NCBI GenBank assembly: GCA_951406725.2
Contig: OX597814.1
Span: forward strand, 187,612,001 to 187,676,000
Direction: 5' to 3'
DNA from: Octopus vulgaris
Taxonomy: Eukaryota
DNA length: 64,000 bases
Shown piece by piece: positions 53,106-64,000 of the stretch (position 1 is its first letter; the number at the start of each line of letters is the position of its first letter). Made by a program: the position numbers and the translations under genes. The notes under the pieces are model-generated. The model was not told where the DNA came from and searched no databases. It worked only from the letters and a program-made list of their open reading frames with translations.

Positions 53106-53778
53106 AATATTTTACCACTACTGCAAATCCTCAAGTATACTAATTCTTCAGGGGTTTTTGTTTTGTTTTGTTTCTTTAATATAATTGTTGTTCTCTGAAC
53201 ATAGATTTCAATTCTTACTTTACCAATGTTGCTGAGTCAAGAATGACAAAAGTTTTTAGTTCTCATGATGTATAAGAAAAAAAGAGTCACTTGGATCTCT
53301 CATTCAAACCATTCTAAATCAATACATTTACTGACTTAAGGTACTATACCTAACCTAGCATATAAATGAGTATTTGCCACTTACATTTGGATAATAGTTG
53401 CCCATAGATTGCTCAGGCTATAAACTATGTAAAATTATGACTACATTTACTTAACATTATCTGATTTGTTCACATTAAAAGTTGGCAATTTAGCATATGT
53501 ATTTAAAAATATTTCTCATTTTCCAAAAAGATTTTAACCTTCTAACTGAAATCAATGAGGCCGATTAAAACTTATCCAACCAGATACCTTCTTAAAATGT
53601 TCTCAGTATAAAAAGCACATCTATCATAAAGTGGAAAAAGAGTTTTTAAGTATGAGTAAAGTGTTCCTAAAAAACAACTTATGTATTGAAAAATTTGTAA
53701 AAGTTTAAAAATTCACAAATTAAAAATAATACCATGAGTTTATAATGGAACCCATATCATACAGTAGAAATGCTTTAA

Positions 53779-53974
53779 CTTTTAAGAATTCAGATGTAAA
53801 GTTTATTTATTCACATTGCTTTGAAGTAAATATGCATTATCTTCAAGATATAGCTTGAAGATTTTGATGATACAATTGTTTATTTTTAGGGCAAGTGTGA
53901 AAAGCAGGATCTAACCAACTTGAAAACAGGTAAAATATTTGGGTCAAAAATGACCAGTTTAAATGCTTAAATGG
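53779..53974 (+). mobile_element. piggyBac-like MITE, family 1 (degenerate)
   Basis: TTAA flanks; tattcacattg...atgcattatc...ggatct...ccagtttaaatgct shared with 33090-33307. Confidence 0.65.
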
Positions 53975-55596
53975 TTAAGTTCACATTCATATAGTCTTCA
54001 TCATACATGAAGTATCGAACAAATACACTAATTCATATTTTGTGGAAGTCTTTATTTGAAGGGTCTGTCTATGAAATTGAGTATTCTCACAATTAGCAAC
54101 ATTTTTCTAACTATCACTAATAACATTTCATATATTGAAGACAACTTGATTTACAATCCTGTTGTGAAGTATAATTCAGCAATGCAGTAATTAGCCTGAT
54201 TGTTTCACAATATAAAGAATGGAGTCCAATAGTCAATGCAACTGGGAATAGAAAGAATATTTTTAAAAAACTTAAATAACTTTTCCTATTGAGTTTAATT
54301 CCCCAAGGGCAATAGAATAGTGGCTTTTGTGGTAAAAACTAATTAATAAATACTCAATCAACAGAATAAAATGTGACAACAAATTTGCTGGCAGAAAATT
54401 ATGCAGTTGCAAAGGTAGAATATTTAATTCAAAACAGTACCAGTGATAAATTTTGAATGAAAACTGAAGTTCATTTAATGTATGTAATATTGGAAAAGTA
54501 TATCATTTGTTTGTTTTTGTTTATAATGAGGTGTTTCAAAATAATTAGTTTTTGCTTTAAGTATTAAGTAACAAATTTGAATTTTTTTTTTTTTTGATAG
54601 AAACTGTCAAAGACAAAGTTACCATGTCAATTAACAAAACATTTTCATCAAATTTGCAGATCAATGAAATCACAACTAGAAATCATAGTATCAAAGTAGG
54701 CAATCATTCTTGTCAGTCCCATGATAAATATGAAAAAAAAATTTTTCCACAAAGAACATCTGAAAATTTTCTCCTAAGAATCAAATGAAAAACACTTTCC
54801 CAAAATATCAGATGCAAAATTAAATAAATTTAAAATTTTAAGAATTTCTATGTCACATATACAATACAAAAATAAAATGCTAATGGAGGAGCATCTACAC
54901 AGTCACCTAACCTGCTAGAAACAGCAGCAAAATATCAAATGGATCACATCACCTTAAAAAAAATGAAAGAACATGTTTGGATAATATAGACCTCATTAAA
55001 TGTCCAGGAAAAAAATAGATGGTCAACAGTGGAATATTTTTGATCATAGGTTTGTTTTTTGAGAACTGACGCAAAACTAAACAACATCAACAAAGTAAAA
55101 TAAGTTATATTATAAAATTATCTAGAAGTTTTGCTTTATGAAAAATCTTTACTTCCTTTCTTGTTATATAAGACAATGTATTTTTCAACACTAGAAAAAT
55201 ATTACTTTACAACATCAAAAACACTCATTCTTCCTTGTGTAATTCAGTAGCATTGTAGAAAATGAAAATAGATAAAAATGAGAAAAGTGAAAACCTAGTA
55301 GGCAAATGTAATTAAAGAACTATTAGAAATTGCAAAGAATTGCATCTGAAGAATGTTTCTTTTGTATAGTAAATAAAATTCAATTAAAAACAGTAATATG
55401 TGTGTGTGTGTGTGTGCGAATATATATATACACACACAACATATACAAAACTTGGTTCCTTTTTAAAGTTAAACAACTACTTTTAGCTTTGATCAAATAC
55501 TAAATCAAAAAAATAGTTATATTCCACCTATAGAATGCTAACTTTCTATACAGAAGTATGGATATATCAAGTTATTTTCGAAATTGATAGACAATA

Positions 55597-55763
55597 AGCA
55601 CAAGTATGACTGTGTAGTAAGAAGTTGCTTCCCAGCCACATGGTTCTGGGTTCAGTCCCACTGCATGACAACTTGGGCAAGTGTCTTCTACTATAACCCC
55701 AGGACAACCAAAGCCTTGGGAACTGAAAGAAGCTTATTGTGTATGTATGTATGTATGTGTGTG

Positions 55764-55795
<32 letters not shown>

Positions 55796-56135
55796 TTGAT
55801 AGATGGATGGCTGGATGGATGGAAACACATACATGTGTGAGAGAGGGAGTGTGTGTGAGAGAGGGAGTGTGTGTGAGAGAGGGAGTGTGTGTGTGTGTGT
55901 GTGTGCATGTGTGTGCGCATGCACATGTAAGTGTTTTTATGCGTGCATTATGTCTGTCCCCAACTAACTGGTGTTGATTTGTTTATGTTGCCATAACTTA
56001 AACAGTATGGCATAAGACACCGATAGAATACACACCAAATTTTTTTTTAAATACTGTGTCACTTTATTCAACTAAAACCCTTCCAGATGGTGCTTCAGTA
56101 TGGCCACAGTCCAATGACTGAAACAAGTAAAAGGT
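55597..56135 (+). mobile_element. SINE family A with expanded internal microsatellites
   Basis: Head gtggttctgggttcagtcccactgc-like, tail ggccacagtccaatgactgaaacaagtaaaag. Confidence 0.8.
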
Positions 56136-56274
56136 AAATGTAAACTCAATTTTATAGAAAACCAAATGAAGCTCTCACTATAAAGTCATATTTCTCCATT
56201 TAAACATTTTATTTCTAATTTCTGTTTTTGCTTAATTATAAGCTCCTCTTCAATTTTCAATATACACAAATCTT

Positions 56275-56704
56275 AAGGTAGTGAGCTAGCAGAAACGTTA
56301 GCACACTGGGCGAAATGCTTAGCGGTATTTCGTCTGCCATTATGTTCTGAGTTCAAATTCCACCGAGGTCAACTTTGCCTTTCGTCCTTTCGAGGTCGAT
56401 AAATTAAGTACCAGTTACGCACTGGGGTCAATGTAATCGACTTAATCCCTTTGTCCTTGTTTGTCCCCTCTATGTTTAGCCCCTTGTGAGCAATAAAGAA
56501 ATAAGAAACGTTAGCACATCGGATGAAATGCTTTGAGGTATTTTGTCTGCCACTACATTCTGAGTTCAAATTCCGCCAAGGTCGACTTTGCCTTTCATCC
56601 TTTCGGGGTCGATAAATTAAGCACCAGTTGTGTATTGAGGTTGATTTAATCAACTGGACCCCCCTTCCCTCAAAATTTCAGGCCTTGTGCCTAGAGTAGA
56701 AAAG
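56275..56704 (+). mobile_element. Dimeric SINE (B plus B2) inside one TSD
   Basis: Two head-to-tail monomers joined at aataaagaaataagaaacgttagc; TSD aatatacacaaatc at 56259-56272 and 56705-56718. Confidence 0.85.
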
Positions 56705-57054
56705 AATATACACAAATCCTTACATGCAAAATATACTAAGTTTGGCTGGCATATAGCATTTCTAACAAAACAATACGCCTAATTACTGTTTTTATTAATG
56801 CCTCTTACATGGGTTGTTGAACTAGACAGGGTAAATGGCTAAATGAAAATGTCAGGGCTAAACTAAATAATTAAAGAGAGGCTCTAATTTCAAATCTTTC
56901 TATATTTCTGAAGATGATTAAATTTATATAAATAAATAATACACAGAAATTAGTTGAAATAAATCCAGAGCATATCCAAATTATCGGGTTTGTGGTCACT
57001 CATCAATGGATATCTTTATGGAATAGGCTAATCTTACTGATCAAACATATTATT

Positions 57055-57445
57055 TTTTATCCTTTATATGTTTCACTCATAAGACAGCAGCCATACTGGA
57101 GCACTACCTCAAAGATTTTAGTTAAACAAATCAATCCCAGTCCATTATTTTTTTTTTTTTTTCTAAGCCTGATACTTATTCTACTGGTCTCTTTTAGCAG
57201 AACTGCTAAATTATGCGAATGTAAACAAACCAACATTGCTTATAAAACAGTGGTGATGGACACCACCACCACCACCACCCCCACACATACACAAACAGGC
57301 TCCTTTCAGCTTCCATCTAACAAATCCACTTACAAGGCTTTAGTCAGCCCAGGACTATTGTAGAAGATACTTGCCCAAGGTACCATGTAGTGAGATTGAA
57401 ACAGGAACCATGTGGTTGGGAAACAAGCTTCTTACTACACAATCA
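57055..57445 (-). mobile_element. SINE family A (degenerate)
   Basis: agaagatacttgcccaaggtaccatg...ggaaccatgtggttgg, reverse-complement head. Confidence 0.75.
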
Positions 57446-57813
57446 AGTAATATCTCATCACGACACAAACTTTAACAAAACAGGAACAAAAATAAAAAGG
57501 GAAAGTTTTTAGCACCCCAAACCAATTCTCTGTTTTTTTCATCTCCTCTACAATAAATCTGATTTTAAAGAATTAAAATTTAAACACAAATTAAAATAGA
57601 AATAGGTTATTTAATCTGTTATCACTAGGCATTTCTTAACTGTATATCAAGGAGAAAATAGCAAGTAATTTTTATAGTTTCCTTTTACCAACAAATATTT
57701 GGCAAGTTATAACTTGTTAGTTGATAAACAAGATAGTAGATCCCAAACAGAAACAAATTCTTTCATAGGAAATAAACTAGCTTCAAACTTTCCATTATCA
57801 AAGTTTTATATAT

Positions 57814-57871
<58 letters not shown>

Positions 57872-57884
57872 TATATATATATCA

Positions 57885-58070
57885 ATCGCCATGATAGATC
57901 GTTAGCCACTAAACACATTTTTTTCTCTCCTTGTTTTTTCTGTGTCCCTTTCTGTAGAAGAGCGTTGGCTCGAAACGTAAAAGACTTATTCTATTCCTGA
58001 GCGTTAAACTAATACATCTGTTTTGTACACCACCTGTCTTCGTCTTTTGTTTTTTTCATAAACTCTCCCT
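57885..58070 (+). mobile_element. TA-inserted small element with minimal hammerhead variant
   Basis: cttt-CTGTAGA-a-gagc-gttg-gctc-GAAA-c-GTA-aaag at 57948-57983; flanked by (TA)n. Confidence 0.75.
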
Positions 58071-58089
58071 ATATATATATATATATATA

Positions 58090-59240
58090 TTCATCATCAT
58101 CATCATCGTTGGCATGGGTTGGACGGTTTAACTGAGGACTAGCAAGTCAGAAGGCTGCACAAGGCTCCAATCTGATCTGGTAAGGTTTCTACAGCTGGAT
58201 GCCCTTCCTAATGCCAACCACTCCGAGAATATAGTGGGTGCTTTTTACATGCCACCAGCACAAGGGCCAGTCAGGTAACACTGGCATCGACCACACTCGA
58301 ATGGTGCTCTTTACGTTCCACTGGCATGGGAGCCAGTCAGGCAGCACTGGCAACAACCACGCTCAAATGGTGCTTTTTACGAGCCACAAACACAGGCCCA
58401 GGCAGGCAGCATTGGCATTGACCACATTCGTATGCACACTGACATTATACATCCAGCAAAGTATACTAGCTTCATTTCTGGCAAGCTTACACATGTCCTA
58501 AGTAGTCACAGCCCATGTTTCACACACATCATACAGTCTACCTTTCACTCTGAGTAAGAGACCCTTTGTCACAAGCAGAGGTAGGAGCTCTTTGAACTTT
58601 GCCCAGCCTATTCTTATTCTAGCAGCTATGCTCTCAAAGCATCCACCACCAATACCGACTTGGTCACCTAGGTAACAGAAGCCATCAACTATTTGTGGTT
58701 TTTTTGCCTGGCATGTGAAGGATACTGTTTTATGCACATTTTCAGTGTTTATTGCCCCTGTGCATTTGCCACACACAAAACCTATCTTCCCAATTGGTCT
58801 TCCTTTGATATTGCTGCACCTCTTATGTGTCCATAGCTTACACTGGGTACATCTTATGGAGTTTCTACCTACGCCTTTTCTACAGATTGAGCAGGGTCAT
58901 CTACCTGAAGGGATTTGTGATTTGTCAGCCTTCCAACTTATTAAAACCTTGGTTTTTGCTAGATTGGCTCTAAGGTCCTTCAGTTCTAGACCCTGCTTCC
59001 ACACCTGAAACTTCTTTAGTTCTGATAGTGACTCGACTATTAGAGCAAGGTCATCAGCATAGAGAAGCTTCCAGGGGTATCCTGTCTTGAATTCCTCTGT
59101 TATTGCCTGGAGGGCTATGATGAATAAGAGGGGCTGAGGTCTGATCCTTGGTGGACCCCTACCCAGAATTCTTCACTATACTTGTTGCCAACCCTCACCT
59201 TACTGACAGCATCCCTGTACATGGCTTGTACAGCTCTCAG
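58090..59240 (-). mobile_element. RTE-clade LINE, 5'-truncated: RT, PHD-like finger, thumb region and 3' UTR with tandem units and (GAT)n tail
   Basis: GVHQGSDLSP, LLYADDLAL (YADD at 59050-59061), C4HC3 cluster at 58762-58893, FCYLGDQV..ARIRIGWAKFKELLPLL..KGRLY; UTR repeats of ~65 bp at 58235-58430. Confidence 0.92.
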
Positions 59241-59295
59241 ATATTTATAAGTATAATATATCACATATATACATTTATAAGTTATATATATATAT

Positions 59296-59387
<92 letters not shown>

Positions 59388-60353
59388 CAACATCATCTTT
59401 TAATGTTCATTTACTTAATATAATGTATATACATAATTATATATACATGTGTGTTGTAGACACACACACGTATGCATGTAGTGTGTGTGTGTGTGTGTGT
59501 TTGTTTTTGTTTGTTTGCTGTTAATCAGTATTATTGCTTCCTTTTAAGTTTCAGTAAGCAACTTTGTTTTTTTTTTTTGGCAAATTAATTATAAACATAG
59601 ACAGCATATAACATTGGTTTTATGTCACTAATTCCATGAAGTAAAAATGTATGTGTTTGTATGCAGGTGTACTTTCATTTACCATGTTAGAAAGGAAAAT
59701 AATTCCAATTTGCCGAAGACCACTTCACTTGAAAAGATGGAGAACATTAACTGCAGTATAGTCTAATATCATATTGATGGTTTCACTTTCATAATGTCCT
59801 CTAAGAAGGAAGTATATTCAACTAATGAATTCCAAGTTAAATCAGTGTCACAGATAATTCTTTTCCATTATAAAGTAATTGCAAAAAAGAGACATTGTCA
59901 ATTTGGGAGGATCTACAATTAACTTCATAATTGAAATGAAGGTATCTAAAAGAAGGTAAATCAGGAACATGTCCATTTTGTTAAGAGGAGGGCCTGACAA
60001 CAAGACAAGTAACAAATTTTCGTATGTCAAATGTATAACAAATGGTGAGTAGAAGATGTGATTTGCTTACTATGTTGGCATTAAAAAAAATAGTGAAGAT
60101 GTCTTTATTTAAGGTTATTTCTCAAGTATATATCTTTATCTTTTTACTTGCTTCAGTCAATGCTTGAAGGTTTTAGTTGAACAAATCCGACCCCAGCACT
60201 TATGTTTTTACAAGCCTGATACTTAATTCTATTAGTTTTTTTCTTTTTTTTTTCTTTTTTTGTTTTTACAGAACTGCTAAATTATGGGGACATAAACAAA
60301 CATCAGTTGTCAAGCAGTGTTGTGGGGAAACAAGCACAAACAAGCACAAACAA

Positions 60354-60387
<34 letters not shown>

Positions 60388-60395
60388 CACTATAA

Positions 60396-60434
<39 letters not shown>

Positions 60435-60860
60435 CACACATGGGAGTAGGTGTGCAAGCAAAACAAGCTTAGATTAGATAAAACAGAGTAGTGTTCAAAT
60501 GGATGGGGGCTTAAAACTTCAGCTTCTTCATCCAGGGCCTGTACTTTTACATTAAAAGTTGGCTATAAGAACAACCCTTATCAAGCTATTGTAGATGTAG
60601 TAAGGTAGATAAACAGAAGTGGGCTTGAGACACATAGCTATATGGAGCACAAAATATACACATTACAAAATAATAATAATAAAAAAAGGTAACAGAAGAG
60701 CAGAAGAATAGTGTAGTTTTATCTAAACAGCTGTCTCAAGATGAGCATAACTTACATCATAATCATATTCATATGCAATATATGCGTGAAATCATGGGTG
60801 TTTTTTTTTTTGTGCTATATGTCATGCCTACCTGTGTATGTATGTATATATATAAAAAAA

Positions 60861-61152
60861 GGAGCACTCCATCGGTTACGACAACGAGGGTCCCAGCTGA
60901 TACGATCAATGAACAGCCTGCTCGTGAAATTGATGTGCAAGTGACTGAGCAATCCAGACATGTGTACCCCTAACGTAGTTCTCAGGGAGATTCAGCGTGA
61001 CATAGAGTGTGACAAGGCCGGCCCTTTGAAATCTGAATGGACTGGAGCAACGTGAAATAAAGTGTCTTGCTCAAGGACACAATGCGTTGCTGGGAATCGA
61101 ACTCATGACCTTACAATCATGAGCCGAATGCCCTAACCACTAAGCCACGCGC
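60861..61152 (-). mobile_element. tRNA-derived CORE-like SINE, family D
   Basis: Minus strand gcgcgtggcttagtggttagg (A box), gagttcgattccc (B box), tgtgtccttgagcaagacacttt; degenerate relatives near 6040-6200 and 21590-21720. Confidence 0.85.
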
Positions 61153-61225
61153 ATTCATATATATATATATATATATATGGGTATATATGAGTGTTATTTT
61201 GTGTGTGTGTGTATATATATATATA

Positions 61226-61450
61226 CACACAAAATAAACAACAAGACTCCGGTAATTTGGTACGATCGTTTCGTACTACATCATTTTATTAAATGTTGTA
61301 AGTATTACAACAGAGTTAAAATGCTGAGTACTCAGAGCCAATTATAGAGGTTTTCCATTAATACAAAAATTTTCAAATCAAGTGGCAACATTATAGAGAA
61401 GGTAGATATATAGACAAAGATGTGGATTTAAATTTTAAGAACATATGAGT
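61226..61450 (-). mobile_element. TA-flanked Penelope-like fragment with core-damaged hammerhead
   Basis: Minus strand ttgg-ctctga-gtact...agtac-GAAA-cgatc-GTA-ccaa at 61257-61341. Confidence 0.6.
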
Positions 61451-62658
61451 TATATATATATATATATATAATGGTCTCTTTTAGCTTCCATCTACAAAGT
61501 CCACTCACAAAGCATTGTTCAGTCAGAGGCGAGAATAACAGACACTTACCTAAGGTGCAACACAATTGGACTGAACTGTAACCATGAGGTTGAGAAGCAA
61601 AATTCTTATCACACAGCTATGCCTGTGCCTATATACATACATACGTGTGTGTGTTTGTAGGTGTTATTAACATTTTTATGATGATAAATATATGTGTGGT
61701 TCTTACTGCTTTTGAACACTACTAAACGAAAATAATACAACTGTTGATGTTATGGGAAAATAGATGAGTATAATATGAACTTGCAAAGCTCTTAGTAAAT
61801 ATGCCTTCAGATTTCAGAAATAAAGGTGTGCGGTGCTGAGTCACCAATAAATGAGTTTACAAGACAAGCAGGGATTGTCAGGAAGTCACTGATACAACAG
61901 GGAAGAAACAGAGCCAGTAGTGAGAAATCTGAATATCCAAAATACTGCTTTTAGCCATTTTAAGTGAAATACTTGAAAGATATTAGTGCTTACATGTTTA
62001 TAGACTACAACATATACACAACTAAAATAGGTGTATGTATCCACAGAAACACTCACAAAATGACTTTCAGCTTTTTTCCGATTTTTTTCTCGGAAACAGA
62101 TGTTTTATAGTTGAATAGCTTGCATAACACCGACCACTTTACCATAAAATGCAAAAGTGTATATTTATTGATTAACAGCACTAAAGAGGTTGTCCACTTT
62201 GACTCGGAACTTTCTATAACCATTACTACAAAGGTCAGATTTCATAATAACTATTTATAGATGGGTTGACTTTATTCCAGATTAAGCAGGCTCATTTGTT
62301 TCCAACACACACACACACACAATGTCACAGAAGACAGGGAAAGCTTTTGGTATATTTATGCATGTGCACACTGTTGTGCATACACACAGGCAGAAAGCAA
62401 CGAGTGAAAATAGGAGGTCAATAGATGTCAACAAACAAAAACAATAATGAGTTCTACCTGTGGCTCAGGGAAGGGATGTAATCAACCAAATAAATTCTAC
62501 CGTATTACTGGTACTTAATTCACTGAATTTGGAGTAAGGCTGAAAGATACTCTAACCTGATACAAGTTTAACTCTAAAGATGAAACTAAATTCTACAAGG
62601 TATTTAAGTTCATCAATCCACTTTTTCTGCCAATCTACCAGGCCTAATAAAAATATGA

Positions 62659-62806
62659 TAATAATAATAATAATTAATTCTTTTATTGGCCACAAGGGCT
62701 GACAAAAATTAATTATAACAAAAAAGGGACAAAACAGGACGAAAGGTTACAAAGGGTTTTGTCCATTTGTAAAAAACCGTGTAAAAACAGTGTAAAAATC
62801 AAAATT
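62659..62806 (-). mobile_element. LINE-like 3' UTR with (ATT)n tail
   Basis: Minus strand ...ttgtcagcccttgtggccaataaaagaattaattattattat; resembles the SINE B tail. Confidence 0.55.
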
Positions 62807-63323
62807 GGGTAAAATATACGAAGTCCAGTATATCCATCATGACTACCCATCTAATAAGGGTACACCAGGCACATGCATCACAACCATATGTGTGCAACAT
62901 GGTGATCTCATATCAAGATTAACAGCACATGACTTTGCAGATGGGGCCCAGTTAGAATTTTCTTCAGGTTGAGTAGCCCATCCCACTCAAAAGGTCACTG
63001 AATAAGGATAATTTAAGGATGTTGAACAAAACACCCATGTTCCCAGTGGTGAATTATCCATACCCCAAAGAATTCCTCTCAACACATAGCTATAATGCTC
63101 CCCCACTACTTCTGCTTGTAATCAGAGATGCACATATCATCAGCCACTAAAGGACATGCTCAAATGGTTACGGTCAAACAACTGACAAGCAAATCTGTGG
63201 TAGTGAGCAGAGTATTTGCTGTAGCCCATCTTTTATACCAAGACAAAACACTGTACATGATAACACTTCCAATCAGTTAAGATGAGAAGCCATGAAAGCC
63301 ACTGCCTAATACTGCATCAGGGC
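62807..63323 (-). mobile_element. (AAT)n-inserted non-coding element, family E
   Basis: Begins right after (aat)n on the minus strand; its 3' part matches 37913-38045. Confidence 0.75.
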
Positions 63324-63354
<31 letters not shown>

Positions 63355-64000
63355 CCTCTATTGGCAAGAAGACCCTATACATTGGGGCTAGTATAGAAAT
63401 AGAATACAAAAGAGGAGTTTACATCAAGTGAAAAACAAATAAATGCTGATAATGAAATAACAATAAGGAAAAGCTTCTAATAGCCACCTTAGGCCAATCA
63501 GAAACCCCACAGATCTCACAATACCCTAACTACCAAGAGTAAATATCCTGCAATACCAAAATCATATATTTGTGGAAATGAAATTACATATGAATAGATT
63601 TTTTTTTAAACTTAACCAAGTATACAATAAAATAGTCTTGTAAGAGGAATAATTGTGCTTAGTTACAATTAATTTGTATTAATGGTATTATTGCTACACA
63701 AATTCATAAACGTAAAATGGTAATATTGTTATTAAACATATCAGAGATGTTAAGTGCATTTTTATTAACCATATCACAAATGCTAAAAATCAAATAATCA
63801 TATAATTTCTTGTGTGTGTGTATGTGAGAGAGAAGATTGCTTAAATAACATACACTTATAAATACTTCTGCATATGTATATTTAATTCTAATATTTATGT
63901 CAAATTATTAATGTAATATTGATATGTAACTACAATAATGTCTTTGAAAGTTTCTATCATCATTTTGCTATCTTAAGATTATCATATGCAACTGTTAGAT

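Noticed and set aside
58235-58430. ~65 bp tandem units with a repeat-spacer look
   Set aside because: Whole units are homologous and the same units occur in other RTE 3' ends (38998-39090).
61075-61152. tRNA-like sequence on the minus strand
   Set aside because: It continues into a SINE body, lacks a proper acceptor stem and terminator, and is a SINE head rather than a tRNA gene.

Overview
AT-rich, microsatellite-dense eukaryotic non-coding DNA. The repeat repertoire looks like an octopus (coleoid cephalopod) genome, which is inferred from recognition only. I find no intact host protein-coding exon. Nearly all listed ORFs are microsatellite or SINE read-through. The real coding remnants are all transposon relics: two R4/Dong restriction-like-endonuclease LINE fragments, three RTE LINE fragments (with a PHD-type C4HC3 finger just after the RT YADD motif), a CR1-like 3' end and a DD37D (maT) Tc1/mariner transposase fragment. 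There are also several tRNA-derived SINE families (my labels A, B, D, F), piggyBac-like and hAT-like MITEs, nested insertions with clear TSDs, and several fold-back structures. Two signals stand out. First, a minus-strand recursive-splice-site architecture at 22664-22730: polypyrimidine-TTGCAG|GTAAGT followed 37 nt later by a second GTAAGT donor, suggesting the window lies in a giant minus-strand intron. Second, a set of type I hammerhead-ribozyme motifs of the Penelope-like minimal kind, in small elements embedded in (TA)n tracts. One of them (23865-23927, minus) has an intact catalytic core. All coordinates were read by eye and may be off by a few bases.
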